Source: Candidatus Omnitrophota bacterium (GTDB taxonomy: Bacteria; Omnitrophota; Gorgyraeia; 2-01-FULL-45-10). From it: a DNA stretch of 64,000 nt. The stretch covers positions 9,664 to 73,663 of the forward strand of contig JBAZNZ010000003.1 of assembly GCA_041648975.1 (NCBI GenBank), given 5' to 3'. This document shows positions 27,404-37,118 of this stretch, in pieces. The number at the start of each line of letters is the position of its first letter. Positions within the stretch are counted from its first letter, which is position 1. The translations under genes and the position numbers were made by a program. The notes below the pieces were generated by a model. It searched no databases, was not told the origin of the DNA, and saw nothing but the letters and a program-made list of their open reading frames with translations.

Positions 27404-29218
27404 ATGTCATACATATCATACGTGGCGGCTTTCGTATGTCTGTTTGCGGCTGGTTTTCTCACGACCCTTTTTACGCTCGAGATAAAGTCGATATACATAC
27501 AAGGAATATTTTGGAAGATGCCGCTCCCGGTAATATATTGGGGATTGGCTGTTCTATACGCATTCACCCATAGCAGGTTGTTTAAGGCCGGTTTTAAGAA
27601 CTCCCTGGCTCGTATAATAAAGCCCTGGCTCCTGGCGGAGCTGGCCGTTTTGCTGGTCGATCTTCATGTCAGGCTTGGCGCTTCAAATCCGCTTAACAAG
27701 GTGTATATGGTATACGTGATTGCTGTTATGCTGGCCGTTTTTGCCCTTGTGGGGTATCTTGCCGCGTGTTTTGCGAAAGACTGCTTTACAAAAAAGAGCG
27801 GTTTATTTGACATCGGATTAATATATCTTATGACATTCATTGCGCTTTCGGGCATTCTTTTGAAAAGCGGATTTGTTGCGGGGCTTCTGGCGATGGTTGG
27901 AGCGTTCGGCGCGTCGTTCGTCGTTGACGCCGGCGTCACATTCGGAAGAGCAGCGCGCGCAGTTTCGAAATTCTTTGAGAAGAGATGGAAATTCCTTGTA
28001 TTTGTGTATCTGCTGGCGGTCATTCTTCGCATCATGTTCGGGGTGATACTCATAATACAGACTGGGGAGCGTTTTACCGTCGCCAGCTGCGACGGACTCA
28101 GCTACGACGAGAACGCGCAGATGATAGCCAAGGATTTCAAATCCCTTTTTGACGGCTCGCTCGTCTTCGTCGTATTCGGTCCCTACTATTGGATATTCTT
28201 AGGCCTTATTTATAAAATATTCGGCAGGAACTTCTATGCGGTATCTTTCATACAGAGCATCCTGGCCTCTTTCATGGCGCCGCTGGTCTATTATATTATG
28301 CTCAAACTGACCAGCCAGGAGAGGATGGCCAGGCTTGCCGCCATATTGACGGCATTGTGCATGTCGCTTGTATATCTTGCCGCGGTGCTCCAGCCCGAGG
28401 CTCTCATGATACCGCTATTATACCTGTATGTGCTTTTACTGGCAGGCTATTCCGAAAAAGGAAAAAATATTATAGGTATATCGGCACTAACAGGGCTCGT
28501 CTTCGGCCTCATGAACGGCGTGCGGTCCATAATGGTCCTCTTTCCGGTGTTCGCCTTTATATGGCTTCTCTTTTTTGTAAAAAGCATGGGCCTGAGGTCG
28601 AAGGTGGTCAACTTCATACTGTTCCTCGCCGTTACGTTCATCGCGACCTACCCGGCGGAATACATGTACTCAAAATACCGGAACGCCGATTTTACGCAAG
28701 ATGCAAATACGCTCGTCATAAGCCAGGGGGTGGGGACGTTCAGGCACCATCATTCGGAACTCGACAAGCTCGGCTTCAACCCGTTCGCCAGTATCACAGG
28801 CTCGATAAAGGCGCTCCAGGAGCATCCCGTCGAGATCCCCACCATATTCCTTAAGAAAGTAGCGGTCAACATCCATGCCTTCTTTTTCATAACGTTCTTC
28901 GGGTTCTTCAATCCTTTTATTCTCGTCCTGCCGTCCAGGTACTATAACGCTTTCGGCTCGTACATGCTTTCCTACATATACATCTTTATCATACTTGGCG
29001 CATTCCTGTGGTTCTCGAAAAAAAACAGGCGGGACCTCGTCTGGCTGTTTTTCCTGATCTTTGTGTATTATTTCATATCGCATCCTCTGTTTTTTACCAT
29101 AAGGACCGGCCGCCACAGGGCGCCGCTCCATCCGTTCTTTATTATGCTGTTCGTGATAGGTTTCTATTATGTATGGGATTGTATTAAAAAATGGGAAAAG
29201 AACCGGAAGATAAAATGA
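27404..29218 (+). CDS. Polytopic membrane protein, putative GT-C (ArnT/PMT-like) glycosyltransferase, second copy
   Basis: About 604 aa, hydrophobic throughout. GGGAGGTG Shine-Dalgarno at 27393-27400 precedes ATG 27404. Downstream of a Dpm1-like GT2. Confidence 0.5.
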   Translation: MSYISYVAAFVCLFAAGFLTTLFTLEIKSIYIQGIFWKMPLPVIYWGLAVLYAFTHSRLFKAGFKNSLARIIKPWLLAELAVLLVDLHVRLGASNPLNKVYMVYVIAVMLAVFALVGYLAACFAKDCFTKKSGLFDIGLIYLMTFIALSGILLKSGFVAGLLAMVGAFGASFVVDAGVTFGRAARAVSKFFEKRWKFLVFVYLLAVILRIMFGVILIIQTGERFTVASCDGLSYDENAQMIAKDFKSLFDGSLVFVVFGPYYWIFLGLIYKIFGRNFYAVSFIQSILASFMAPLVYYIMLKLTSQERMARLAAILTALCMSLVYLAAVLQPEALMIPLLYLYVLLLAGYSEKGKNIIGISALTGLVFGLMNGVRSIMVLFPVFAFIWLLFFVKSMGLRSKVVNFILFLAVTFIATYPAEYMYSKYRNADFTQDANTLVISQGVGTFRHHHSELDKLGFNPFASITGSIKALQEHPVEIPTIFLKKVAVNIHAFFFITFFGFFNPFILVLPSRYYNAFGSYMLSYIYIFIILGAFLWFSKKNRRDLVWLFFLIFVYYFISHPLFFTIRTGRHRAPLHPFFIMLFVIGFYYVWDCIKKWEKNRKIK

Positions 29219-30654
29219 AAAAGGCGTTCCTTTTATATCCGCCTACCGGATTGTACGACAGGTCGGACCGCTGCCAGTCGTACCTGGAGAGTGAAACAGG
29301 GGCTTTGGTCTCTCCTCCGATGGACATACTTTATATGGCCGCTGTATTGGAGAAGGCCGGATACAGATGCTTTGTCAGGGACTATACCATCGAAAAGAAA
29401 GGGTGGGCCGATGTGCGCCTGGACCTCGAGAGAGAGCTGCCTTCCGTGCTCGTTGTGAGCACAACGATGTCTACGCTGAAAGAGGACTTGAAGGCCTGCG
29501 ATATGGCTAAGGGCATTAAACCTGACTGTCTAACGGTCGCTAAAGGAGGATATGTAGGGGATGACAGCGAGGCGCTGCTCAGGGTCAACGGGAACCTGGA
29601 TATATTTATCAATAACGAACCGGAATTCGTGATTCGGGAGATAGTTTCTCTATCGCGCCTGCAGGATATAAGAGGCATAAGCTATAGGGCATACGGCCGG
29701 ACCTTCACAAACCAGCCCAGGCCTTTTGGGGACGATCTCGATTCTCTTCCTCTGCCTGCCAGGCACCTGATAAGGAACGAATTATACAGGATGCCGGACA
29801 CGCGCAGACGGTTCACGACCATATTGACAGGAAGGGGCTGTCCGTTCAAATGCATTTATTGCATGGCAGGTAAGGTCGGCGGCGCACACCTGAGGCTGCG
29901 ATCGCCGGAGAACATCGTCCGCGAGCTTGAAGAATGCATGACGCGGTTCGGCATAAAGGATTTCTGGATGAGGGCGGACACGTTCACTTTCGATAAGAAG
30001 TGGGTTGCCGAGATATGCCGTCTTATCACAGATAAGGGGCTGCATATAAAGTGGATGACGAACAGCCGCGTGGACAGGATAGACGATGAGATGCTGTACG
30101 CGATGAAACGTTCAGGCTGCACGGTAATAGGTTTCGGCATAGAGAGCGGCAACCAGGGACTTCTCGACAGGATGAAGAAGGGTATAACCCTGGAGCAGTC
30201 GCGCAGGGCCGTGGAGATGTGCCGAAAGCACCGGATAAAGACCTACCTTAACTTCATCGTAGGGCTTCCCTGGGAAAGCGAGGAGACTTTCGAAGAGACG
30301 ATAAGGTTCGCGAAGTCGTTAAAGGCGGATATGTATAATTTCAGCATCTCATACCCATTTCCGGGGACGGAGTTGTATGAATATGTGAAAGAGAAAGGGC
30401 TCCTGAAGTCCGACGAGGATCTGAAGACTTACGGGTTTTTCGAGCCCGTCGCGGATACGCATTACATGAAGCGCGAGAGGCTGGGCCGGCTGAAGGAGGC
30501 CGCTTTCAGGAAGGTCATGCTCGACCCGCGTTTCGTTCTCAGGACCATATCGAATATGAGGTCGCCCGCCTTGATCGCGGCTTATTGCAGGGAAGCGGCG
30601 CGGCTTTTAGGCGTAATCTACGGGAAAACCAGGAAAGGGAAAGGGCCGAGATGA
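29215..30654 (+). CDS. B12-binding radical SAM protein, copy 5
   Basis: MKKAFLLYPP start (ATGA overlap), TGRGCPFKCIYCMAG. Confidence 0.85.
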   Translation: MKKAFLLYPPTGLYDRSDRCQSYLESETGALVSPPMDILYMAAVLEKAGYRCFVRDYTIEKKGWADVRLDLERELPSVLVVSTTMSTLKEDLKACDMAKGIKPDCLTVAKGGYVGDDSEALLRVNGNLDIFINNEPEFVIREIVSLSRLQDIRGISYRAYGRTFTNQPRPFGDDLDSLPLPARHLIRNELYRMPDTRRRFTTILTGRGCPFKCIYCMAGKVGGAHLRLRSPENIVRELEECMTRFGIKDFWMRADTFTFDKKWVAEICRLITDKGLHIKWMTNSRVDRIDDEMLYAMKRSGCTVIGFGIESGNQGLLDRMKKGITLEQSRRAVEMCRKHRIKTYLNFIVGLPWESEETFEETIRFAKSLKADMYNFSISYPFPGTELYEYVKEKGLLKSDEDLKTYGFFEPVADTHYMKRERLGRLKEAAFRKVMLDPRFVLRTISNMRSPALIAAYCREAARLLGVIYGKTRKGKGPR

Positions 30655-31421
30655 CCGGAAAAAGAGTGTCGGACTCATGGGAGGAATTCCTTAGCCGCGG
30701 CGGGGTCTATTTCCCGAAAGATGTGGACAGAGGATTCTTTTCGGACATATTGTCATCGCGCTGGGTAGTATCCCTATTGAAGGACGGATCCCGTAAAAAA
30801 TTCCTGTCGGCGGGATGCGGGCTGGGAAGGTTTGCCATTGCCATAGCCGCAGCAGGGCGGGATGTTGCTTTGATGGATTGTTCGGAAGAGTCTCTCAACG
30901 CCGCTAGACTGCTGGGGGAGATAGCCAAACGGCACTTCGGCGACATTAGCATCAGGTTCTTAAAGGACGACTTGGAACGTACCTCGTTCGCGGACGGCGA
31001 GTTCGATGTTACATTTAATGAGGGCGTTGTGGAGCACTGGCTTGACCGCGGCGAGAGGATAAAGGTGATAAAGGAAATGGCGAGGATAACAAGGGATGGA
31101 GGGGTTGTTTCGATAAGGGTAATTAATAATAAGAACCCTTTATATAATCTCATATACAAGAAAGCGCTGAGGGAAGACGTGCCTGCGCACCACAGGTATG
31201 ACATGAGAGAGCTAAAGGCCGAGATGGAAGACGCAGGGCTCGATCCTGTCCTGTGGGACGGTGAGACGATCAATGATCCGGACGAATACTCCGCGAACAA
31301 GCTCCTGATAAAGACGCTTCGCATTGCGGCCCTGGCAATAAACACGGCCCCCAAATTCGTCAGGGAGGCTTTCTGTCCTTCGATATTCTGCACGGCGATT
31401 GTAAGGAGGACGCGGCCATGA
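30651..31421 (+). CDS. Class I SAM-dependent methyltransferase, second copy
   Basis: LSAGCGLGRFAIA motif I, EGVVEHW. ATGA overlap with the upstream gene. Confidence 0.75.
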   Translation: MTGKRVSDSWEEFLSRGGVYFPKDVDRGFFSDILSSRWVVSLLKDGSRKKFLSAGCGLGRFAIAIAAAGRDVALMDCSEESLNAARLLGEIAKRHFGDISIRFLKDDLERTSFADGEFDVTFNEGVVEHWLDRGERIKVIKEMARITRDGGVVSIRVINNKNPLYNLIYKKALREDVPAHHRYDMRELKAEMEDAGLDPVLWDGETINDPDEYSANKLLIKTLRIAALAINTAPKFVREAFCPSIFCTAIVRRTRP

Positions 31422-32830
31422 GAGCGCTTTTAATAAACCCTTCGCAGGAAAAAGTCTACGGGATGAAGATGTCGCAGATATATCCGCCGCTGGGGCTACT
31501 CTACGTCGGCACTGTCATTAAACTATTAGGACACGAGGTTCGGCTGCTGGATATAGATATCGATAAAGTGACGCCTGTATCGTTCAGGGAAAAATTATCC
31601 GGCTTCAAACCCGGACTTATAGTTATAACGAGCGTCACTCCTACGGTCAAAGACGCCTTAAGCTGGGCGCGCGCCGTCAAAGAATACGACAGTTCCATCA
31701 GGGTTATCATAGGCGGGATACATGCCACTATCGATCCCGTCGTTACGGCCGAAAAGAAAGAGATAGATTTTGTGGTCGTGGGGGAAGGCGAGAAGACTGT
31801 CGAAGAGCTGGTAAAGGCGATCGATGAAGGGAAGAACGATTATTCCGGGATAAGCGGAATATTATATAAAGAGGGCGGGCGGGTCATCCGTAATAAACCG
31901 CGCGAGTTGATAGCGAACCTCGACGATATAACATTCCCGGACAGGAGCCTCCTCCGGTCGCTCAATGATTATGTCCCGCCCGATGCGGTGCGCACTCCGG
32001 TCGCGACCATAATGACTTCAAGGGGCTGCCCGGGCGATTGCACATTTTGCTGCACCAAACAGATATTCACCAGGCATGTCAGGCTTAGAAGCGTGAAGAA
32101 TATAATGGATGAGATTGATATGCTGGTCGCCCAGCACGGCGTTAAAGAGATACATATAGCGGATGACACATTTACGATAAATAAGCAAAGGGTGCTTGAT
32201 TTCTGCAAAGCGATCCTGCAGAGAAATTATGACCTGACACTCGAGTTCATGAACGGCATCAGGGCGGACTGCGTGGATGAGGACATATTGAAGGCGCTCA
32301 GGTCGATAAAGGTAAGGAACGTCGGTTTCGGAGTTGAATCCGGCAATAAGGAAGTGTTGAAGCTCGCCAGGAAGAACATAAGCCTGGATAGGGTAAGGAG
32401 CGCTTTCAAGCTGGCCAAAAAATTCGGCTTCGAGACGTGGGCGTTTTTCATCATAGGGCTTCCGGGAGAGACTGAACAAAGCGTCAGGGAGTCGATAGAT
32501 TTTGCCAAGGAGCTCGATCCGGATTTTGCAAAGTTCCTGATACTTAAGCCTTATCCCGGCAGCGAAGCATTCAGCTACCTTTCGGAAAGAGCTCTTATAG
32601 ATAATTATGATTATGACATGTACGGAGTATATACACAGCCCGTACATCACCTGCCGGGGATGTCAAAAGACGACATGATACGGTGGCAGAAGAAGGCTTT
32701 TACCGGTTTCTATCTGCGCCCCTCGAAAGTGATGAGCCATTTACTTCGGATAAGGTCCCTGACTCAGCTGTCCCTTGTAGCGCGCGGCTTTGTGTTCGTT
32801 GTTTTCAATATATTCAAAAGGCGGAAATAA
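31418..32830 (+). CDS. B12-binding radical SAM protein, copy 6
   Basis: MRALLINPSQ, SRGCPGDCTFCCTK. AAGGAGGA Shine-Dalgarno at 31403-31410. Confidence 0.85.
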   Translation: MRALLINPSQEKVYGMKMSQIYPPLGLLYVGTVIKLLGHEVRLLDIDIDKVTPVSFREKLSGFKPGLIVITSVTPTVKDALSWARAVKEYDSSIRVIIGGIHATIDPVVTAEKKEIDFVVVGEGEKTVEELVKAIDEGKNDYSGISGILYKEGGRVIRNKPRELIANLDDITFPDRSLLRSLNDYVPPDAVRTPVATIMTSRGCPGDCTFCCTKQIFTRHVRLRSVKNIMDEIDMLVAQHGVKEIHIADDTFTINKQRVLDFCKAILQRNYDLTLEFMNGIRADCVDEDILKALRSIKVRNVGFGVESGNKEVLKLARKNISLDRVRSAFKLAKKFGFETWAFFIIGLPGETEQSVRESIDFAKELDPDFAKFLILKPYPGSEAFSYLSERALIDNYDYDMYGVYTQPVHHLPGMSKDDMIRWQKKAFTGFYLRPSKVMSHLLRIRSLTQLSLVARGFVFVVFNIFKRRK

Positions 32831-32833
32831 GAG

Positions 32834-33565
32834 ATGAGAGCGAAAAATATAAAGCGCGCGGCCATTATTCTGGTGTGCGTGTTAATAGTCGCCGGCGTTC
32901 TTAACTTACAGGTTTCAATACGGCAGAACATCGACGGTAAGACGCGGAGGATCACTATGCCGCTTTATGTGAAGTGGATAGAGTTTCTGTCGCGCCATTA
33001 TGAATACGACAGGATCGCGAAAGAGGTCGCCTCCTCCCGCAGGACGGACGCGGAAAAGGCATTGGCCATTTTTAAATGGACCGGCGATAGTATTAAAAAA
33101 GTGCCGCAAGGCATGCCGGTAGTAGATGACCATATCTATAATATTATCGTGAGGGGGTACGGCACCGACAGCCAATCGCAGGACGTCTTTACTACACTCT
33201 GTTCCTATGCTCATGTGCCGGCATTCTGGGAGAGGGTCTACTACAACGACCGCAAGTCGATGTTCATTATGTCATTTGTCAAATTGAACGGCAAGTGGGC
33301 TATCTTCGATTCGTATAATGGGACGTATTTCATGACCGCGGACGGGAAGATTGCTACTATCGATGATATGTCCGGCAAGGACTTCGGGGATTCGTCTTAT
33401 AGGGGAGTTCCTTTTAGCGAGCTGAAACAGGAATTGGAGCGTATTTTGAATGAAAAAAGGACGACTCGTCCCGAGAAACAGATGCCCGCAAGAAGGATAT
33501 GGTTTGAGATCAAAAAAGTCTTGGGTATAGAGAAAGAGGATGAGAAGGAGAGCGGAGAGGTATAA
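32834..33565 (+). CDS. Hypothetical membrane-anchored protein (possible transglutaminase-like Cys/His domain)
   Basis: N-terminal transmembrane helix AAIILVCVLIVAGVL. Segment GYGTDSQSQDVFTTLCSYAHVPAFWERVYY loosely resembles the transglutaminase-core Cys region. Confidence 0.4.
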   Translation: MRAKNIKRAAIILVCVLIVAGVLNLQVSIRQNIDGKTRRITMPLYVKWIEFLSRHYEYDRIAKEVASSRRTDAEKALAIFKWTGDSIKKVPQGMPVVDDHIYNIIVRGYGTDSQSQDVFTTLCSYAHVPAFWERVYYNDRKSMFIMSFVKLNGKWAIFDSYNGTYFMTADGKIATIDDMSGKDFGDSSYRGVPFSELKQELERILNEKRTTRPEKQMPARRIWFEIKKVLGIEKEDEKESGEV

Positions 33566-33568
33566 TTA

Positions 33569-33597
33569 TTGACATAATGCAGGTACTATGGTATATT
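33569..33597 (+). promoter_or_regulatory. Sigma70-like promoter TTGACA-N17-TATATT upstream of the regulator gene
   Basis: TTGACA 33569-33574, exact 17-nt spacer, TATATT 33592-33597, 38 nt upstream of ATG 33636. Confidence 0.55.
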
Positions 33598-33635
33598 ACG
33601 TTTGAAATGTTCTAAACAAAGCGAAAGGTAATAAT

Positions 33636-34133
33636 ATGAATAGAAAATTGGAGATGGCTCAGGATAAATTCATAGAGAGCATAGGTAAGCTATGCGGCAG
33701 CTTCGGTCTTAACAAATTTGTTGCGCAACTATATGCTGTGCTTTATCTTAGCAACAAGCCGCTGTCTCTGGATGAGATGGCTGAGGAACTCGAAGTCAGT
33801 AAAGGCAGTGTCAGTATTAATATCAGGGAACTGGAGAAATGGGGCGCTGTAAAGAATATATGGGTAAAGGGTTCCAGGAAGGACTATTATGAGGCCGAAC
33901 TTGATATAAAGAAGGTATTTGCCAACAAGCTGAGATCGGCAGTGCAGAAGAGGATAGCGGAAGTATCCAACATGACGGATGAATTCAAGAAGATAACAAA
34001 GTCCGCCGCGACTGAGCTTACCGATGAGGAGAAGGTCATAGCGCAGGTATATGAGGAGCGGTTGAAGAAGATAGAGGAGTTGAAGGCTATGGCTGCGACC
34101 GCGTTGAGCCTCGCGGAAAAATTTCTACAATAG
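33636..34133 (+). CDS. GbsR/MarR-type winged-helix transcriptional regulator
   Basis: FIESIGKLCGSFGLNKFVAQLYAVLYLSNKPLSLDEMAEELEVSKGSVSINIRELEKWGAV matches the GbsR/MarR_2 helix-turn-helix pattern. Confidence 0.6.
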   Translation: MNRKLEMAQDKFIESIGKLCGSFGLNKFVAQLYAVLYLSNKPLSLDEMAEELEVSKGSVSINIRELEKWGAVKNIWVKGSRKDYYEAELDIKKVFANKLRSAVQKRIAEVSNMTDEFKKITKSAATELTDEEKVIAQVYEERLKKIEELKAMAATALSLAEKFLQ

Positions 34134-34142
34134 GACGGTAAT

Positions 34143-35327
34143 ATGAAAGATTTCGGATTTAGGGTAAGGACAAATTTGAAATACGGGGTAGGCGTTTCAG
34201 CCAGGCTGGGGATATTTGTAAAGGAATTGGGTTTCCATAAGGCCGCGATTATAATAGATGCCGGAGTCAAGAGCCTGGATGCTACCGCAAAAGCCGCCTC
34301 AAGTTTGAAGAATGAAGGGCTGTACGTAGAGACGTTTATAAACGATGTTGCCGAGCCGGACTACGATTATCTCGAGAATTATAAGGCCGGGTTTATGGAT
34401 AAGGGGTTCGAGGTGATAATAGGCATAGGCGGCGGCAGCACAATGGATCTGGCAAAAGGAATAGCCACTCTGGTCACGAATCCGGGCAAGGCTATCGAAT
34501 ATAGAGGGTTTCCGGCGCTGAAGTCCAAGCCGCTTCCAGTGATCGCCATCCCCACCACAGCCGGGACCGGGAGTGAAGCAACGTATAATGCCGTATTTAC
34601 AGACGCCGCCCAGAAGAAGAAGCTCGGCATCAATTCCGAATATAACTTTCCTGTTCTCGCCATTCTGGACCCGTCATTCATCCTGAATTGTCCGAAGAGC
34701 GTCGCCGTATCTTCCGGGATGGACGCGCTTACACATACGCTCGAAAGTTTTGTCCATAAGGACCATACGCCGATATCCAGAATTTTTTCGAAAGAGGCCT
34801 TCAGGTTAATATTTAACAGCCTGATGGTTATGCCTGATAAGCCGCACGATATAGAGATCTGCTCAAGGTTGCAATGGGGGGCATATCTGGCGGGGATAGC
34901 GCTTATCAACGCCGGCTCCGGCCCGTCGGGGGCGCTCTCATATCCGTTGGGTGCGCATTATAAAGTGCCGCACGGGATGGCGGGCGCGGTATTTCTTTCA
35001 ACCGTTACGGAATTTAACGTCTCGCGCGGTTACCAGGATTACGCCGAGCTTTACGACCTGATAGAGGGCTCTGTCAGGGGACTTTCCATAAAAGAGAAGA
35101 ACGAAGCTTTCGTCGAATATATGAAAGCCTTGGACGAGAAGATGGGTATCCCCTCGAAGCTTTCAGCGCTGGGGCTGAAAGAGAGTGATGTCTCTTTTTT
35201 GATAGATCAATATGATGTTTTGAAGAAGGCCATTGAGCAAAACCCTGTCGACATAAGTAAAAAAGACTTATCGGATATGCTCGGCAGGATGAGAGAGGAA
35301 AGGGACCTTAAAGATGCCAGGATTTGA
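34143..35327 (+). CDS. Iron-containing (group III) alcohol dehydrogenase family oxidoreductase (possible KdnB-like sugar oxidase)
   Basis: GGGSTMDLAKGIA glycine-rich motif. His-rich metal site region (ALTHTLESF..., HGMAGA). Confidence 0.8.
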   Translation: MKDFGFRVRTNLKYGVGVSARLGIFVKELGFHKAAIIIDAGVKSLDATAKAASSLKNEGLYVETFINDVAEPDYDYLENYKAGFMDKGFEVIIGIGGGSTMDLAKGIATLVTNPGKAIEYRGFPALKSKPLPVIAIPTTAGTGSEATYNAVFTDAAQKKKLGINSEYNFPVLAILDPSFILNCPKSVAVSSGMDALTHTLESFVHKDHTPISRIFSKEAFRLIFNSLMVMPDKPHDIEICSRLQWGAYLAGIALINAGSGPSGALSYPLGAHYKVPHGMAGAVFLSTVTEFNVSRGYQDYAELYDLIEGSVRGLSIKEKNEAFVEYMKALDEKMGIPSKLSALGLKESDVSFLIDQYDVLKKAIEQNPVDISKKDLSDMLGRMREERDLKDARI

Positions 35328-36489
35328 ATTGGTGGGCAAGGAGGAACGCCAGGCGGTACTCGATATATTTGATAAGTACGGCGGTATCCTGTTCAAGCAC
35401 GGATTTGACGGAATGCGCAACGGTTCTTTTAAAGTCCAGGAATTCCAGAAGGTTTTCGCGAAGAAATTCGGTTCAGGATACGCGCAGGCCGTTACTTCGG
35501 GCTCGGTGGCGCTGAAGGTAGCGCTGCAGGCTCTCGGGATCAGGCCCGGCGACGAGGTGATAACACAGAGCTTCACCTTTGTAGCCACGGTCGAAGCTAT
35601 AATGGAATGCGGCGCCGTCCCCGTAATTACGGAAGTGAACGAGACCCTTACCATGGATCCTGAGGACCTTAAACGCAGGATCACACAGAAGACAAAGGCG
35701 GTGATACCGGTCCATATGTACGGCGCTTCCTGCAACATGGATAAGATAATGAAGATAGCGAAAGACGCGGGGCTCAAGGTCCTGGAAGACAGCGCGCAGG
35801 CGATAGGCGGGAAATATAAGGGAAAGCTCCTGGGCTCGATAGGAGACGCGGGGGCGTTCAGTTTCGATTTCGGGAAAGCGGTCACCTGCGGCGAGGGTGG
35901 GATGATCATTACGGATGACAAAGAGATATACCAGAAGGCGATGGAGTTTGCCGATCACGGCCACCAGTGCAACCCGAACTTCCCCAGGGGCGAGGACACG
36001 AGACGGCAGGCCGGATTCAACTATCGCATGATGGAACTGCAGGGCGCGTTAGGGATCGTCCAGCTTGCCAAGCTTGACTACGCAATCTCTCAGCAGAAAA
36101 AGAATAAAGCGGAGATAATGGCGGGGATTAAAAATGTGAAAGGGCTCAAGTTCAGGTCCTTTAACGACGCGGAAGGCGAGACTGCCGATACGCTTACTTT
36201 TACCGTGGAGAGCGTCGAAAAAGCTAAAAAGTTCGTAGAGAAACTTAAGGAGAAGAAGGTAGGCACTAAGAACCTGCCGGACGCGTTCAATTGGCATTTT
36301 TCGGGGACGTGGGACCATCTGCTCTCCGGCCTGGACCCATATAAAGGGAAAGACCTCACCGGGTTGTGGCCGAGATCTTACGACCATTTGAGGAGGACGA
36401 TAGCGCTCCCGATCAATATAAAGATGTCCGGCGAACAGATCGACAGGATCGTTGGGTCTGTAAAAGAGATAGCTAAAGAGGTTTTATGA
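35314..36489 (+). CDS. DegT-family sugar aminotransferase
   Basis: AVTSGSVALKVAL, ITQSFTFVATVEAI, AFSFDFGKAVTCGEGG (PLP lysine). Confidence 0.85.
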   Translation: MPGFELVGKEERQAVLDIFDKYGGILFKHGFDGMRNGSFKVQEFQKVFAKKFGSGYAQAVTSGSVALKVALQALGIRPGDEVITQSFTFVATVEAIMECGAVPVITEVNETLTMDPEDLKRRITQKTKAVIPVHMYGASCNMDKIMKIAKDAGLKVLEDSAQAIGGKYKGKLLGSIGDAGAFSFDFGKAVTCGEGGMIITDDKEIYQKAMEFADHGHQCNPNFPRGEDTRRQAGFNYRMMELQGALGIVQLAKLDYAISQQKKNKAEIMAGIKNVKGLKFRSFNDAEGETADTLTFTVESVEKAKKFVEKLKEKKVGTKNLPDAFNWHFSGTWDHLLSGLDPYKGKDLTGLWPRSYDHLRRTIALPINIKMSGEQIDRIVGSVKEIAKEVL

Positions 36490-37118
36490 CGTTAGGTATA
36501 ATACCGGCCCGCGGAGGGTCTAAGGGCATACCGCGAAAAAATATAAAGATGGTAGCAGGTAAGCCCCTGATCGCATGGACTATTGAGGCGGCGAAGAAGT
36601 CGAAACTATTGGATCGCTTTGTGGTCTCGACGGACGACGCGGTAATAGCCAATATCGCAAAACGGTGCGGAGCGGACGTTATAAATCGCCCCGCGAGACT
36701 GGCGACGGATAAAGCGACGACGCTTTCCGCGTTGCAGCATGTGCTTTCGCTGATCGACACGGACACGGTAGTGCTGCTCCAACCTACTTCCCCGGTCCGT
36801 AGCCCGGGATTGATAGACAGGTGTATAAAGAAGTTTCGCAGGACGAAAGCGGACAATCTCGCGACAGGATTTATATGCAAATTCATGGAGTATGGCTCGT
36901 ATATAAATAAGAGGCGCCAGGACCTGAAAGGATTTTTCTACGACGACGGCAATGTATATGTTATAAAGGCAGACCTGATAAAGAAGGGAAAGATATTCGG
37001 TAAAAAGGCTGGACGTATATTTACCTCGAAAGAAGAGAACGTAGAGATAGACGATGAATTTGAATTATGGATGGCGGGAGAGATCCTGTCGAAACGCGCC
37101 GGCGGGGGCAGACAGTAA
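36486..37118 (+). CDS. Acylneuraminate cytidylyltransferase family (CMP-nonulosonic acid synthetase; NeuA/LegF-like)
   Basis: IIPARGGSKGIPRKNI CTP_transf_3 signature. ATGA and TAATG overlaps with neighbours. Confidence 0.8.
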   Translation: MTLGIIPARGGSKGIPRKNIKMVAGKPLIAWTIEAAKKSKLLDRFVVSTDDAVIANIAKRCGADVINRPARLATDKATTLSALQHVLSLIDTDTVVLLQPTSPVRSPGLIDRCIKKFRRTKADNLATGFICKFMEYGSYINKRRQDLKGFFYDDGNVYVIKADLIKKGKIFGKKAGRIFTSKEENVEIDDEFELWMAGEILSKRAGGGRQ

